A stretch of DNA of 64,000 nucleotides from Elusimicrobiota bacterium. GTDB lineage: Bacteria > Elusimicrobiota > Elusimicrobia > Elusimicrobiales > UBA9959. Made by a program: the position numbers and the translations under genes. Each line of letters starts with the position of its first letter. The stretch's first letter is position 1. Under the pieces are notes generated by a model. The model was not told the origin of the DNA, searched no databases, and saw nothing but the letters and a program-made list of their open reading frames with translations. The stretch covers positions 2,673 to 66,672 of the forward strand of contig JACRER010000018.1 of NCBI GenBank assembly GCA_016234365.1, given 5' to 3'. Shown one piece after another: positions 52,430-61,469 of the stretch.

Positions 52430-53410
52430 TCAATGGCCGCGCACCGCGCGCTGCTGCTGCCTGTTCATGTTGGGGCGGCTGGGCATCAGCGGGTTGCTGC
52501 CGCTGGAATCTTTCTGGGCCGTGTAGGCCTTGTCCTGGTAGGTCACGCTGTCGCCGGCCTTGAGGCCTGAGACCACTTCCACCTCGTCGCCCTCGGTCTG
52601 GCCGGTCTCCACTTTAGCGTATACCGGTTGCCCTTTCGATATGGACGTGATGACCGCGGTGTCGCCCTTCTGGTCGGTGGTAACGGCCATAGCCGGCACC
52701 ATAAGAATGTCCTTGCGGTCCGAAATGCGGATCTTTATGTTGGCCGTCATCTGGGAGCGGAAGAAAGGCGGGACCTGTTCGGGCCGTATCTTAACGGTGT
52801 AGGTCACCACGTTGCTCTTGGTGGTGCCCTCGTCGAGGATCTTGAAGACGCGGCCGCGCACGGTCTTGTCCGGGTAGGCGTCGAGCACTATGGAGGCCTT
52901 CTGCCCCAGCTTCACCTTGCCTATGTCGGATTCGTCCAGGCTCGCCGCCACTATCAGCTTGTCCGAGATGGCGAACAGCACGGTACCGGCGCTCACGGTC
53001 TGCCCTTCCACTATATTGCTCAGGATGAGCGTGCCGTCGATGGGGGAAATAACTTTTATGGGCTTATAGGTCTCCTGCCACTGTTTGTACTGGTCGTCGC
53101 CGGCCGCCCGAGCGGCGTCCAGGATGGCCACACGGTCGGAGGAACTCATGAGCGCCAGCACCTGCCCCGCTTTTATGCGGTCCCCTTCCTCCACCAGGAT
53201 CTTCTCTATGCGCCCGGAGGCCGAGGGCTGGATCTCCACGCGGTTCTCGGGCCCCACCACGCCGGTGGTGTCCACCATTTCGGACAGGTCCCGGAGCTGC
53301 GCCTGTGCGGTCACGTACTTGGGCGCCTGCGCGGCGTTCTTCTTTTTGAAGGCGTAGAAACCGCCGCCCGCCAGAATTACGGCCGCCGCTATGATGATGG
53401 TCTTTTTCAT
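52430..53410 (-). CDS. macA: efflux periplasmic adaptor (MacA/HlyD family)
   Basis: N-terminal anchor, lipoyl/beta-barrel patterns (V.P..SGRI..I.V.EGD.V..GQVLA), adjacent to macB. Confidence 0.85.
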   Translation of the reverse strand: MKKTIIIAAAVILAGGGFYAFKKKNAAQAPKYVTAQAQLRDLSEMVDTTGVVGPENRVEIQPSASGRIEKILVEEGDRIKAGQVLALMSSSDRVAILDAARAAGDDQYKQWQETYKPIKVISPIDGTLILSNIVEGQTVSAGTVLFAISDKLIVAASLDESDIGKVKLGQKASIVLDAYPDKTVRGRVFKILDEGTTKSNVVTYTVKIRPEQVPPFFRSQMTANIKIRISDRKDILMVPAMAVTTDQKGDTAVITSISKGQPVYAKVETGQTEGDEVEVVSGLKAGDSVTYQDKAYTAQKDSSGSNPLMPSRPNMNRQQQRAVRGH

Positions 53411-53433
53411 AAGTTTTCCGTCTCCGTGCGAAA

Positions 53434-54699
53434 CTATTTCTCCATTCCCACGCCCAGCAGCTGCTCCAGCGACAGTTTGCGGCTGTGCGCGGCGCGGGCG
53501 TAATCCAGCTGGTTAAGGTCCGAGTCCACGAAATTCTGCTCCACGTTCTCCAAGTCTATAAAGCTGATCTTGCCGGCCATGTACTTGATCTGGGCTTCCT
53601 TGTAGCGCTCCTCGTTGGCCTTCAGCAGCGACGTGTTGGCGCGGGCCGTTTCGGCGGCGCTCAGGTAGTCGTCATAGCCGGAGCGCAGCGCCGCCGCCAG
53701 CGCTATGCGCGCGGCCTTATAGTCCTCCTCGGCCGCGGCCAGGGCCTTTTTATAGGCGGAAAGGTTGTTGAAATAGTACGTGGGACCGCCGGAGAAGATG
53801 GGGAGGCTCAGGCTCAGCCCCATGGACCAGCTCTTGCTATCCGGAAATTCCTGGTCCCCGCTCCAGCCGTAGGAGCCGTTGGCCCGCAGGGAGGGCATGG
53901 CGTAGTAGCCCGCGGAATTCTTCCGCTCCTTAGCGGACTCCAGCGTTTTTTTGGCGGACGTGATGCGGGGAGATTTCTCCAGCGCAAGGTTCACGTCGTC
54001 CTCGCCCATGTTGAAATCCGGAACTCCGATGTCGCCGGAGGCGGCCACCGGCCTCGTGCCCTCCAGACCGATGGCTTCCAGCAGGGCGCGCTGCGCCGAG
54101 GCCAGCTGGCGTTCGCTCTTCTTAACGGACACGCCGGAGTTCTCGGCCAGCGCCTCGGTGTAGAGGGCGTTGCCCTTGGATTCCATGCCGCTCTCGTACT
54201 TCAGGCGGATGAGCCTGGCGTTCTCCTGGCGGATGCTGTAGATCTTCTTCTGCACCTCCACCCGGCGTTGGGCGAACAGCAGGTCCTCGAAGGCCCCGGC
54301 CAGCGCCTGGCGGGCCGTTGCGGAGGCGGCGCGGTAGTCGGCCTCGGCTTTTTCCCTGGAGATACGCGCGCTCTTCACGCTCGACACCGTGCGCAGGTTC
54401 AGAAGCTCCTGGGAAGCGGAAACAGAGGCGCCCCACCGGTTGGAGGGAGAAGCCCCGTCCCCGCCGCTGCGCGAAACGGAATGGGAAACGCTGACCTGCG
54501 GCATATAGGAGTTGAGCCCGGCCAGGTAATTATAATCGGCCTGTTCCATGGACGCCCGCGCGGCTTTCACCGCTGGATTGTTCTCAAGGGCCAGGCGCTT
54601 GGCCTCGTCCCAGGTAAGCGCGAGCTGCTGCTGGGCGGCCAGCGGGGCGGCCGCGGCCAGGGTGACGGCCAGCATAAGGAATATCTTTTTTATGGTCAT
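53434..54699 (-). CDS. tolC: TolC-family outer membrane efflux protein
   Basis: Signal peptide MTIKKIFLMLAVTLAAAAPLAAQ and two OEP repeats rich in A/L/N/Y coiled segments. I prefer the ATG at 54699 to the GTG at 54717. Confidence 0.85.
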   Translation of the reverse strand: MTIKKIFLMLAVTLAAAAPLAAQQQLALTWDEAKRLALENNPAVKAARASMEQADYNYLAGLNSYMPQVSVSHSVSRSGGDGASPSNRWGASVSASQELLNLRTVSSVKSARISREKAEADYRAASATARQALAGAFEDLLFAQRRVEVQKKIYSIRQENARLIRLKYESGMESKGNALYTEALAENSGVSVKKSERQLASAQRALLEAIGLEGTRPVAASGDIGVPDFNMGEDDVNLALEKSPRITSAKKTLESAKERKNSAGYYAMPSLRANGSYGWSGDQEFPDSKSWSMGLSLSLPIFSGGPTYYFNNLSAYKKALAAAEEDYKAARIALAAALRSGYDDYLSAAETARANTSLLKANEERYKEAQIKYMAGKISFIDLENVEQNFVDSDLNQLDYARAAHSRKLSLEQLLGVGMEK

Positions 54700-54790
54700 A
54701 ATGTAGCCGACTGACACTGCGTTCTATAATAGCAACGCTGGGGAGGCCGGTTTTATTGCATATTTTTTACCGGTCGGTAAGAAATTGTAC

Positions 54791-54826
54791 AAAAACGGCC
54801 CCCCCGGAACACGGGAAGGCCGCTTT
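54791..54826 (-). terminator. Rho-independent terminator after the flavoprotein gene pair
   Basis: Minus strand has a GC-rich stem (GCGGCCTTCCCG...CGGGGGGGCCG, with G-U pairs) followed by TTTTTG. Confidence 0.55.
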
Positions 54827-54840
54827 TACCTCAGGAAAAA

Positions 54841-55998
54841 CTACTTCAGTTTTTCCTGGCCCGCAAAAGAACGCTCCAATTTAAAACCGGCCAGCTTTTC
54901 CCTGTCCTCCGCGGACGCAGAGCCCGCGATGTGGGCGGCCAGCGCCTCGCCGAGGCCCGGGCCAAGCATAAAGCCCTGCCCGCACATGCCGACGGCAAGG
55001 ACATAACCCTTAAGTCCCGCCGGGAAGTCAACCACGGGGAAACCATCCGGGGTCATAGGGTAGAGGCCGCGCCAGGTGCGGCGCACCTTCAGGTTGGCCA
55101 GGTTAGGCATCAGGTTTATCATGCGCCTGGAAACTTCCGGCAGGAATTCCGAGGTGGACCGCCTGTCGTCGCCCCAGATGGGCGGCTGAGGCGTGAGGCA
55201 GAACACTATCTGGCCTTCCCAGTTCTGGTAGAAATAATAATTCTTGGACTTATCTCCGGGGCGGATGTCCACCACCATGGGCTCGAAGAAGCGGTCCGCC
55301 GGCTCGGTGATGCCGGCCTCGTGGCAGTCCGGCCTGACCGGCACCTTAACGCCTGCCTTCAGCGACACTTCGGCGGCCTGCGCGCCGGCCGCGTTGACCA
55401 CCCATTTGGCCGAATAGCGGCCCTGCGTGGTAAGCACGCCCTTCACGGCGCCTGCGCCGGAAAGGAGCTCCGTGACCGGTTCGCTGAACCGGAACTCGGC
55501 GCCGAGCTTAACGGCCCGGCGGTAAAAAGCGTTAACGCTGAGCAGCGGGGAAGCGGAGCCGTCCCCGGGGGACCAGGTGCCGCCGCGCAGGTCCTTTTCG
55601 GCCACGCCTGGCACCAGCGCCTTCACCTTATCGGGGCCCACCCAGTCTATATCGAGCCCGAAACCTTTCTGGACCTTCAAGAGCTCCTTTAAAACCTTTT
55701 CGTCGTTCTCGGTATAGACCGGAAAAAGGTAACCGCCCTTTATCCAGCCTATATCGTCGCCGTGCTTTTTTTCCCAGGTGGAAAAGATCTCAAGGCTGCG
55801 CAGGCAGGTCTTTATTTTAGAGCCGTCGGAATGGGTGGCCCGCACGCCGCCGATGGCGCATTTGTTCTGGCCCTGGCCGGGCGACGCGGCGCCGTCCAGC
55901 ACCAGCGTGCGGAGTTTGCGCTCCGCCAGCGCCATCGCCAACGGCGTGCCGATGCTGCCCGCGCCTATTATTATAACGTCGTAGTTGGTCTCGGTCAT
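54841..55998 (-). CDS. FAD-dependent oxidoreductase (DAO family; sarcosine oxidase beta / HcnC / OoxB-like)
   Basis: YDVIIIGAGSIGTPLA dinucleotide fold and DAO-family length. Paired with the multi-cluster flavoprotein upstream. Confidence 0.85.
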   Translation of the reverse strand: MTETNYDVIIIGAGSIGTPLAMALAERKLRTLVLDGAASPGQGQNKCAIGGVRATHSDGSKIKTCLRSLEIFSTWEKKHGDDIGWIKGGYLFPVYTENDEKVLKELLKVQKGFGLDIDWVGPDKVKALVPGVAEKDLRGGTWSPGDGSASPLLSVNAFYRRAVKLGAEFRFSEPVTELLSGAGAVKGVLTTQGRYSAKWVVNAAGAQAAEVSLKAGVKVPVRPDCHEAGITEPADRFFEPMVVDIRPGDKSKNYYFYQNWEGQIVFCLTPQPPIWGDDRRSTSEFLPEVSRRMINLMPNLANLKVRRTWRGLYPMTPDGFPVVDFPAGLKGYVLAVGMCGQGFMLGPGLGEALAAHIAGSASAEDREKLAGFKLERSFAGQEKLK

Positions 55999-56008
55999 AA
56001 GATCTCCG

Positions 56009-58105
56009 TTAAAAGCCGCTCCAACTGGCCTTTTCGTCCGCCTCTGTCTGGCACTTAACGCCGGAGAAGACGCCCAGCGGCGCCTCCACGAACAGCGGCC
56101 GCTTGGTGAAGGCCGTTACCTCTTTGGGGTCCACGCCTTCGCTGCGGAAGATGTTCAGAAGCATGGCCGAGCAGGTCTTGGCGCCGCAGGCGCCCATGCC
56201 GGCGCGGGTAACGGCTTTAAGCTGGTTAAGGTCGCGCATCCCGGCGCGGATGGCGCGGCGTATCTCGCCCAGCGTCACGCGCTCGCAGCGGCAGATCACC
56301 GTTTCGTCGTCGGCCCTGGCCAGGTCGGCGGGGGACTTCACGCCTTCCTCGGCCGGATAGAGCCGCAGCGAGGCTATAAGGTCGGCCTTTTCCGGGGAGG
56401 TCTTCACTATGATTATCAGCGTGTTCTCCGCCTTGAAATCCTTCACGTCCAGCACCTCGGCCTCGCCAAGGTCGGCGCCCTCCCAGCCGGTCAGGCTCAC
56501 TTTGTCGCCTTTTTTTACCAGGCCGCGGCCGATCTCGAACGGCACCGCCACCGAGGGATACTTGGCGTCCTTGCGGTAATCCACCAGGGTCACCGCGAGG
56601 CCGGGGCAGATGAGCAGGCACTTGAAGCAGCCGATGCAGTCGCCCGCGAAGTGCGGCGTGTTCATAATGCTCTCGCCGGAAAGTTTGATGGATTTCTTGG
56701 GGCAGACCGTCACGCACGGGTTGCACGGTATCTCCTGGCGGCAGTGCAGCACGGGGTAGACCGGCTTGTCATGGTCCTTCCGCGCCGGCGTCCTGGTCTC
56801 GCCGGGGCGGGACTTGAGGACCTCCAGCCGGTCGAACCAGAATTCCGGCACCGGCGCGGCCATAACGCCGAGCGTTTTAAGCACCTTATGGGCGGTGATC
56901 TTGCCGCTGAACATGGCGGCGGAGGCCTCGGCTATTTCCTCGGCGTCGCCGCACACGAAGGACTCCATGCCGGCCTCTCGGGCCTGCGCGTGGAACTCGT
57001 CCACGGAACTCAGGCCCACGGCGATAAGCAGCGTGTCGGCCTTGAAGGTTTTTTCGGTGCCCGGCAGCGGGCGGAACTTCTCGTCGACGGCGGCTATCGT
57101 TACGGACTCCAGGCCCTCTTTGCCGTCGGCGCGCAGTATGGTATGGCGCGTGTAGACCGGAATACCGAGGCGTTTGATCTTATCCTCGTGCACTTTATAA
57201 CCGCCGCAGCGGGCCTGCGCCTCTATCAGCCCCACCACCTTTATGCCTGCCTGCGCCGCGTGGTAGGCCGCTATCAGCCCCACGTTGCCGCCGCCTACGA
57301 TGAAGAGGCGTTTGGCCGGCCGCACCAGGTCGCGGTTCACCAGCGTCTGGAAGGCGCCGGCGCCGTACACGCCCGGCAGGGTGTTGCCCGGAAAAGCCAG
57401 CGACTTCTCGCGGGCGCCGGTGGCGCTGATCACGGCCTTGGGCCGCACCAGGCAATATTTATCGCCGCGCAAAATGCCCACCTTCCTGTCGGAAAAGACC
57501 GCCAGGCAAGTGGCGTTGGCCCAGGCCTTCACGGAAGGATATTCTTTCAGCTGCTCTTCGAGTTTCTCGCCGATATCTATGCCGCGGGTGCCGGCGTAAC
57601 AATCCTCCACCGAACCGAAAAATTTATGGGTCTGCAGCACCAGCTTGCCGCCGAAACGGTCCTTGTCGTCTATTATCAGGGTGCTGACGTTGAGTTTGCC
57701 GAGCTCGGCCGCGGCCGCGAGGCCCGAAGGGCCGCCGCCGATTATCAGCGCGTCCACATCCAGTTCTTCCACCCGGCCGAACTCCTGCACGCAGGCAACG
57801 CGCGGCAGGCGGGCGGTGCCCTTCATGGTCTCCACCTTCATGCCCTCGCGGACCGGGGTCACGCAGGACTTAACCGTCAGGCCGTCGGCTATTACGGAGC
57901 ATTGCGCGCACTGGCCGTTGGCGCAGAAGATGCCCTGAGGGCTGTTATCCTTCTTGTGGCGGCTGAAGATCTTGATCCCGTTGGCGTAGAGCGCGCTGGA
58001 AATGGCTTCGCCTTCCAGGGCGGAACAGGGCTTTGCGTCGAAGGTGAAAGACAGGGTCTTTCTCTCTTCCGGCTGGAGCACGGGGTGTTCGGTTATTCTT
58101 TCCAT
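56009..58105 (-). CDS. multidomain iron-sulfur flavoprotein: 2Fe-2S domain + FAD/NAD(P) pyridine-nucleotide-disulfide fold + 4Fe-4S ferredoxin + BFD-like [2Fe-2S] domain
   Basis: N-terminal CANGQCAQCSV...C. Then IIGGGPSGLAAAAE and IVGGGNVGLIAAYHA. Then CNPCVTVCP...CIGCFKCLLICP. Then ICRCERVTLGEI...GACGAKTC. Confidence 0.8.
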   Translation of the reverse strand: MERITEHPVLQPEERKTLSFTFDAKPCSALEGEAISSALYANGIKIFSRHKKDNSPQGIFCANGQCAQCSVIADGLTVKSCVTPVREGMKVETMKGTARLPRVACVQEFGRVEELDVDALIIGGGPSGLAAAAELGKLNVSTLIIDDKDRFGGKLVLQTHKFFGSVEDCYAGTRGIDIGEKLEEQLKEYPSVKAWANATCLAVFSDRKVGILRGDKYCLVRPKAVISATGAREKSLAFPGNTLPGVYGAGAFQTLVNRDLVRPAKRLFIVGGGNVGLIAAYHAAQAGIKVVGLIEAQARCGGYKVHEDKIKRLGIPVYTRHTILRADGKEGLESVTIAAVDEKFRPLPGTEKTFKADTLLIAVGLSSVDEFHAQAREAGMESFVCGDAEEIAEASAAMFSGKITAHKVLKTLGVMAAPVPEFWFDRLEVLKSRPGETRTPARKDHDKPVYPVLHCRQEIPCNPCVTVCPKKSIKLSGESIMNTPHFAGDCIGCFKCLLICPGLAVTLVDYRKDAKYPSVAVPFEIGRGLVKKGDKVSLTGWEGADLGEAEVLDVKDFKAENTLIIIVKTSPEKADLIASLRLYPAEEGVKSPADLARADDETVICRCERVTLGEIRRAIRAGMRDLNQLKAVTRAGMGACGAKTCSAMLLNIFRSEGVDPKEVTAFTKRPLFVEAPLGVFSGVKCQTEADEKASWSGF

Positions 58106-58182
58106 GGTGGTCCTCTCGGCGGGGCGTGAAAAGCCCCTGAATATACTACAAAAATATCGCGGGCCGCCGCCCGCGGCCCTGT

Positions 58183-58191
58183 TGGTATAAT
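58183..58191 (+). promoter_or_regulatory. extended -10 promoter element (TGgTATAAT) upstream of the 173-aa secreted protein gene
   Basis: TGGTATAAT lies 25 nt upstream of ATG 58216. GGAGGG Shine-Dalgarno follows. Confidence 0.5.
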
Positions 58192-58215
58192 AGCCCCAGT
58201 ACTCTGGAGGGTATA

Positions 58216-58737
58216 ATGAAAAGACTTATTTTAGTATCCGTTCTTGCTTTTTCCGGCGCAGCCAACGCGGCCGAGAAGCTGGACTTCACCGACTCCTCTT
58301 TCGCGGCCCAGCTCACGGCGCCGGCGGTAACTCCCGAAGTGGCCGAGGTCCCGGCCCCGGCGCGCGCACGGGCCGGCCACTACGTGCAGGTCTCCGGCTA
58401 CGTCAACCTCAACGGCAACGGCTGGATGCCCGGCCCCGACGGCGGCTTTACCAGCGTAACGCTGAACGGCTACGGCACCTTCAGCGGCGCCGAGGGCGTC
58501 ACCAGCAACAACACCTACATCAACACCTCGGTCTCGCTGTGGGTACGCCCCAACCAGTACGTCTTCCAGACCGTGTGGCCCAGCGTCTACGCCACATTCT
58601 ACAAGAACGGAAAGATAGTCGGTTCCACCAACATGACCGGCAGCATCTCCGTCTCCGGCTGGCCGAGTTCCAACTTCTTCAGCCTCAGCGGCAGCGGCTA
58701 CCTCAGCGGCTCCATCTACGTGGAGGACGCGCCTTAA
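58216..58737 (+). CDS. secreted beta-rich hypothetical protein (173 aa)
   Basis: Signal peptide MKRLILVSVLAFSGAANA and a Gly/Ser/Asn/Tyr-rich mature part. Confidence 0.55.
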   Translation: MKRLILVSVLAFSGAANAAEKLDFTDSSFAAQLTAPAVTPEVAEVPAPARARAGHYVQVSGYVNLNGNGWMPGPDGGFTSVTLNGYGTFSGAEGVTSNNTYINTSVSLWVRPNQYVFQTVWPSVYATFYKNGKIVGSTNMTGSISVSGWPSSNFFSLSGSGYLSGSIYVEDAP

Positions 58738-58756
58738 CCAAAGCGCGCGCCGATGA

Positions 58757-58787
58757 AAAGAGCGGCCCAAAGCCGCTCTTTTTATTT
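58757..58787 (+). terminator. Rho-independent terminator
   Basis: AAAGAGCGGC-CCAAA-GCCGCTCTTT followed by TTATTTT. Confidence 0.75.
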
Positions 58788-58793
58788 TAAAAT

Positions 58794-59717
58794 ATGCCTA
58801 TGAAGATCCTGGAAGGTAAAACCCTGTCGGCGCAGATCCTTGCCGCGCTGCCCGCGCGCGTGGAGGCCGTAAAGGCCGCCCTGGGCCGTCCCCCGTCGCT
58901 GGCCATCATAAACTATTTCGCCGACTCCCCTTCCGCGGTCTACGTGAAGCGCAAAGTAGCGGCCTGCGAGAAACTGGGGATAAAGGTTGAACTTTTCTCG
59001 CCCGCCGCTGCCGAGGGCTACCCCGCCTTCAAGGCCCTGCTGGCCCGCCTGGGCGCGGACCCGGCGTATGACGCCATAATGCTGGAGCGGCCCCTGCCCG
59101 ACGGCTTCGAGACTTTGGAGACCTGGGACGCGCTGCCGGCCGCCAAGGACGTGGACGGGCTCTCAACCCTTAACATGGGCCGCCTGTTCATTTCTAAAAA
59201 ATTCTCCGAAATAGAGGCGGGCGGCTACTTTGTGCCCTGCACCGCCCTTGCGGTGATCCGCCTGCTCAAATTCCACGGCATAAACCCGTCCGGCCTTAAC
59301 GTGGCGGTAGCCGGCCGCTCGGCCGTGGTGGGCCGGCCGCTCGCGCAGATGCTGACCGCGCTGGACGCCACCGTCACCGTCTGCCACACCCGTACCAAAG
59401 ACACCGCCGCCGTTTTTAAAACCGCCGACCTGGTGGTCACCGCCGCGGGCAAGGCCAAATGGCTGAAGAAAGACCTGCTGCCGGCGGGGGCCACGGTCAT
59501 AGACGTAGGCACCAATTTCGACGAGAACGGCCGTATGTGCGGCGACGCGGACTTTGCCGCTCTCGAAGGCCACGCCGCGGCGGCCTCGCCGGTTCCCGGC
59601 GGGGTGGGCCCTGTTACGCTGGCCTGCCTGATAGAGGCCGCGGTCCGCGCGGCCGAACTGGCCGCCAGGGCCGGGTCCGGCCCGGAAAATAAGAAAGGGG
59701 GAATAATCCTCACATGA
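58794..59717 (+). CDS. folD: bifunctional methylenetetrahydrofolate dehydrogenase/cyclohydrolase
   Basis: ILEGK...YVKRK, DVDG, PCT, GRSAVVGRPLAQML and PGGVGPVT motifs. The start may be ATG 58800. Confidence 0.95.
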   Translation: MPMKILEGKTLSAQILAALPARVEAVKAALGRPPSLAIINYFADSPSAVYVKRKVAACEKLGIKVELFSPAAAEGYPAFKALLARLGADPAYDAIMLERPLPDGFETLETWDALPAAKDVDGLSTLNMGRLFISKKFSEIEAGGYFVPCTALAVIRLLKFHGINPSGLNVAVAGRSAVVGRPLAQMLTALDATVTVCHTRTKDTAAVFKTADLVVTAAGKAKWLKKDLLPAGATVIDVGTNFDENGRMCGDADFAALEGHAAAASPVPGGVGPVTLACLIEAAVRAAELAARAGSGPENKKGGIILT

Positions 59718-60157
59718 ACAGACACCTGAAACTTGCCATGTCGGCGCTGCTGCTGGCGGCTTTCTGCCTGCCGGCCCTGGCGCAGGAAGAAGAAGCCGCG
59801 AGCGGCGCTCCAACCGAGAACTCCGAGGCTAAACCCGCGGCCAAACCGGCCGCAAAGCCCGCCGCTAAAAAACCGGCAAAGAAAAAGGCCAAAAAAAAGA
59901 AGCCGGCGGAACCCGTCTCCGAGTATAAGTTCACCGCCGCGGAGAGCGTGCCCACCTACAAGTTCGACAAGAAGGCCAACCCGATAGTTAAGGACTCCAA
60001 GAAAAAGAAACCGGCCAAGAAGGGGGCCAAGGGCAAGAAGGCCGCCGCGCCGGCCACCAAGCTCAAAACAACCAAGCCCATAGCCGAACAAGGCCAGGCC
60101 CCGGAGCAGCAGGGCGCGCCCCAGGGTTCCCCGCAGGACGGCGGCGGGGAAGAATAG
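59714..60157 (+). CDS. secreted Lys/Ala/Pro-rich low-complexity protein (147 aa)
   Basis: Signal peptide MNRHLKLAMSALLLAAFCLPALA, then KPAAKPAAKPAAKKPAKKKAKKKK. The ATG overlaps the folD stop (ATGA). Confidence 0.5.
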   Translation: MNRHLKLAMSALLLAAFCLPALAQEEEAASGAPTENSEAKPAAKPAAKPAAKKPAKKKAKKKKPAEPVSEYKFTAAESVPTYKFDKKANPIVKDSKKKKPAKKGAKGKKAAAPATKLKTTKPIAEQGQAPEQQGAPQGSPQDGGGEE

Positions 60158-60639
60158 TGGCCGACCTCCTGGTAAAACTTTACGACCTCCCGCCGGCGGC
60201 GCCGGCGCTGGAAAAACTGCGCGCGGCGGGCGTGGAGATAAAACGCGCGATAGGCCCGGAAAAACACGCTATAGTCGAATGGGCGGAAAAGAAATTCTCC
60301 CGCGCGTGGGCCTCGGAATGCGACGCGGCCATCTCCGGCAGCCCCTCCACCTGCTTTATCGCGGTAAAAGACAAGGCGATAATAGGTTTCGCCTGCTACG
60401 ATTCCACTTCAAAAGGTTTCTTCGGACCGATAGGCGTGGACGAGGCCGCGCGAGCCGGCGGCCTGGGAAAAGCCCTGCTCATCAGGACGCTGGAAGCCAT
60501 GCGCGAGGCCGGCTACGGCTACGCCGCCATCGGCTGGGCGGGACCGGTGGATTTCTTTAAGAAGACGGTCGGAGCCACCGTCATCGAAGGCTCCGAACCC
60601 GGAGTCTATAAGCACATGGTGAAAGCCGGGCCCCGCTGA
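60157..60639 (+). CDS. GNAT family N-acetyltransferase
   Basis: GPIGVDEAARAGGLGKALL acetyl-CoA-binding pattern. The GTG start overlaps the upstream TAG by 1 nt. Confidence 0.75.
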   Translation: MADLLVKLYDLPPAAPALEKLRAAGVEIKRAIGPEKHAIVEWAEKKFSRAWASECDAAISGSPSTCFIAVKDKAIIGFACYDSTSKGFFGPIGVDEAARAGGLGKALLIRTLEAMREAGYGYAAIGWAGPVDFFKKTVGATVIEGSEPGVYKHMVKAGPR

Positions 60640-60641
60640 AA

Positions 60642-61388
60642 ATGAAACCCCCGGCGGATTGGCACCGCAATTTCTTCGACAATTCCTTCTATAATCCCGC
60701 CTCCCCGGCGGCCGTGGCCCACGCCCCGGCCGAGGCGGCCTTCGTCCTGAAAGCACTGCAGCTAAAAAAAGGAGCCGCCCTGTTGGACCTGTGCTGCGGC
60801 CCGGGCCGGCACGCGGTGGAGTTCGCAAAGAAGGGCCTGGCGGTGACAGGCTACGATTTTTCCGGAGAATACCTTTCCGAAGCCGCCGCCAGGGCAAAGA
60901 AAAAAAAGATCGCCCTCGAACTGTTCCGCGGCGACATGCGCCGCCTGCCCTTCAAAGAAGAGTTCGACGCGGCCGTGAACCTGTTCACCAGCTTCGGTTA
61001 TTTCGTGAAATACTCCGACGACCTGAAAACCCTGAAAGGCGTCGCCCGCGCGCTCAAGCCGGGCGGCCTTTTCCTGATAGACATAATAAACGGGGACCTG
61101 ATCCGGCGCAATTTCACTCCGCGGGACTGGCACGACCTGGGCAACCATTACCTGCTGGAAAGCCGGCGCCGGTTCAAGGACGGGCAGGTGAACACCTGGA
61201 CCCGTATAGACAAGAAGACCGGCAGGATACAGGAGCGCACCTTCTTCGACCGCATGTACGACCGGCGCTCGCTGGCGGCGGCGCTGAAAAAGGCCGGGTT
61301 GCGCCCGCTTAAATTCTGGGGCGGCTTTAACGGCCGGCCCCTTTCCGCCAAGAGCGTCCGCCTCATCTGCCTGGCCGACAGACCCTGA
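60642..61388 (+). CDS. class I SAM-dependent methyltransferase
   Basis: LLDLCCGPGRH (motif I) and FDAAVNLFTSFGY. Confidence 0.85.
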   Translation: MKPPADWHRNFFDNSFYNPASPAAVAHAPAEAAFVLKALQLKKGAALLDLCCGPGRHAVEFAKKGLAVTGYDFSGEYLSEAAARAKKKKIALELFRGDMRRLPFKEEFDAAVNLFTSFGYFVKYSDDLKTLKGVARALKPGGLFLIDIINGDLIRRNFTPRDWHDLGNHYLLESRRRFKDGQVNTWTRIDKKTGRIQERTFFDRMYDRRSLAAALKKAGLRPLKFWGGFNGRPLSAKSVRLICLADRP

Positions 61389-61394
61389 CACCGT

Positions 61395-61463
61395 TATATC
61401 GAGGCTTCGCCTCGATATAAAAAAGCCCCGCGCCGCCCGTAAGGGAGCGCGGGGCCTTTCTTT
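61395..61463. terminator. two tandem hairpins between convergent genes (bidirectional terminator region)
   Basis: TATATCGAGGC-TTC-GCCTCGATATA (61395-61419). Then AAAAAA-GCCCCGCGC...GCGCGGGGC-CTTTCTTT (61425-61463). Confidence 0.7.
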
Positions 61464-61469
61464 GGCGGC

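Noticed and set aside
54841-58105. Calling the flavoprotein pair hydrogen cyanide synthase (hcnABC) or sarcosine oxidase
   Set aside because: Domain architecture alone does not discriminate among HcnABC, OoxAB, SoxAB and PDH-type enzymes. I made no substrate-specific call.
55985-58129. 714-aa ORF on the plus strand
   Set aside because: It lies antisense to the 698-aa iron-sulfur flavoprotein, which has multiple unmistakable cofactor motifs. Shadow ORF.
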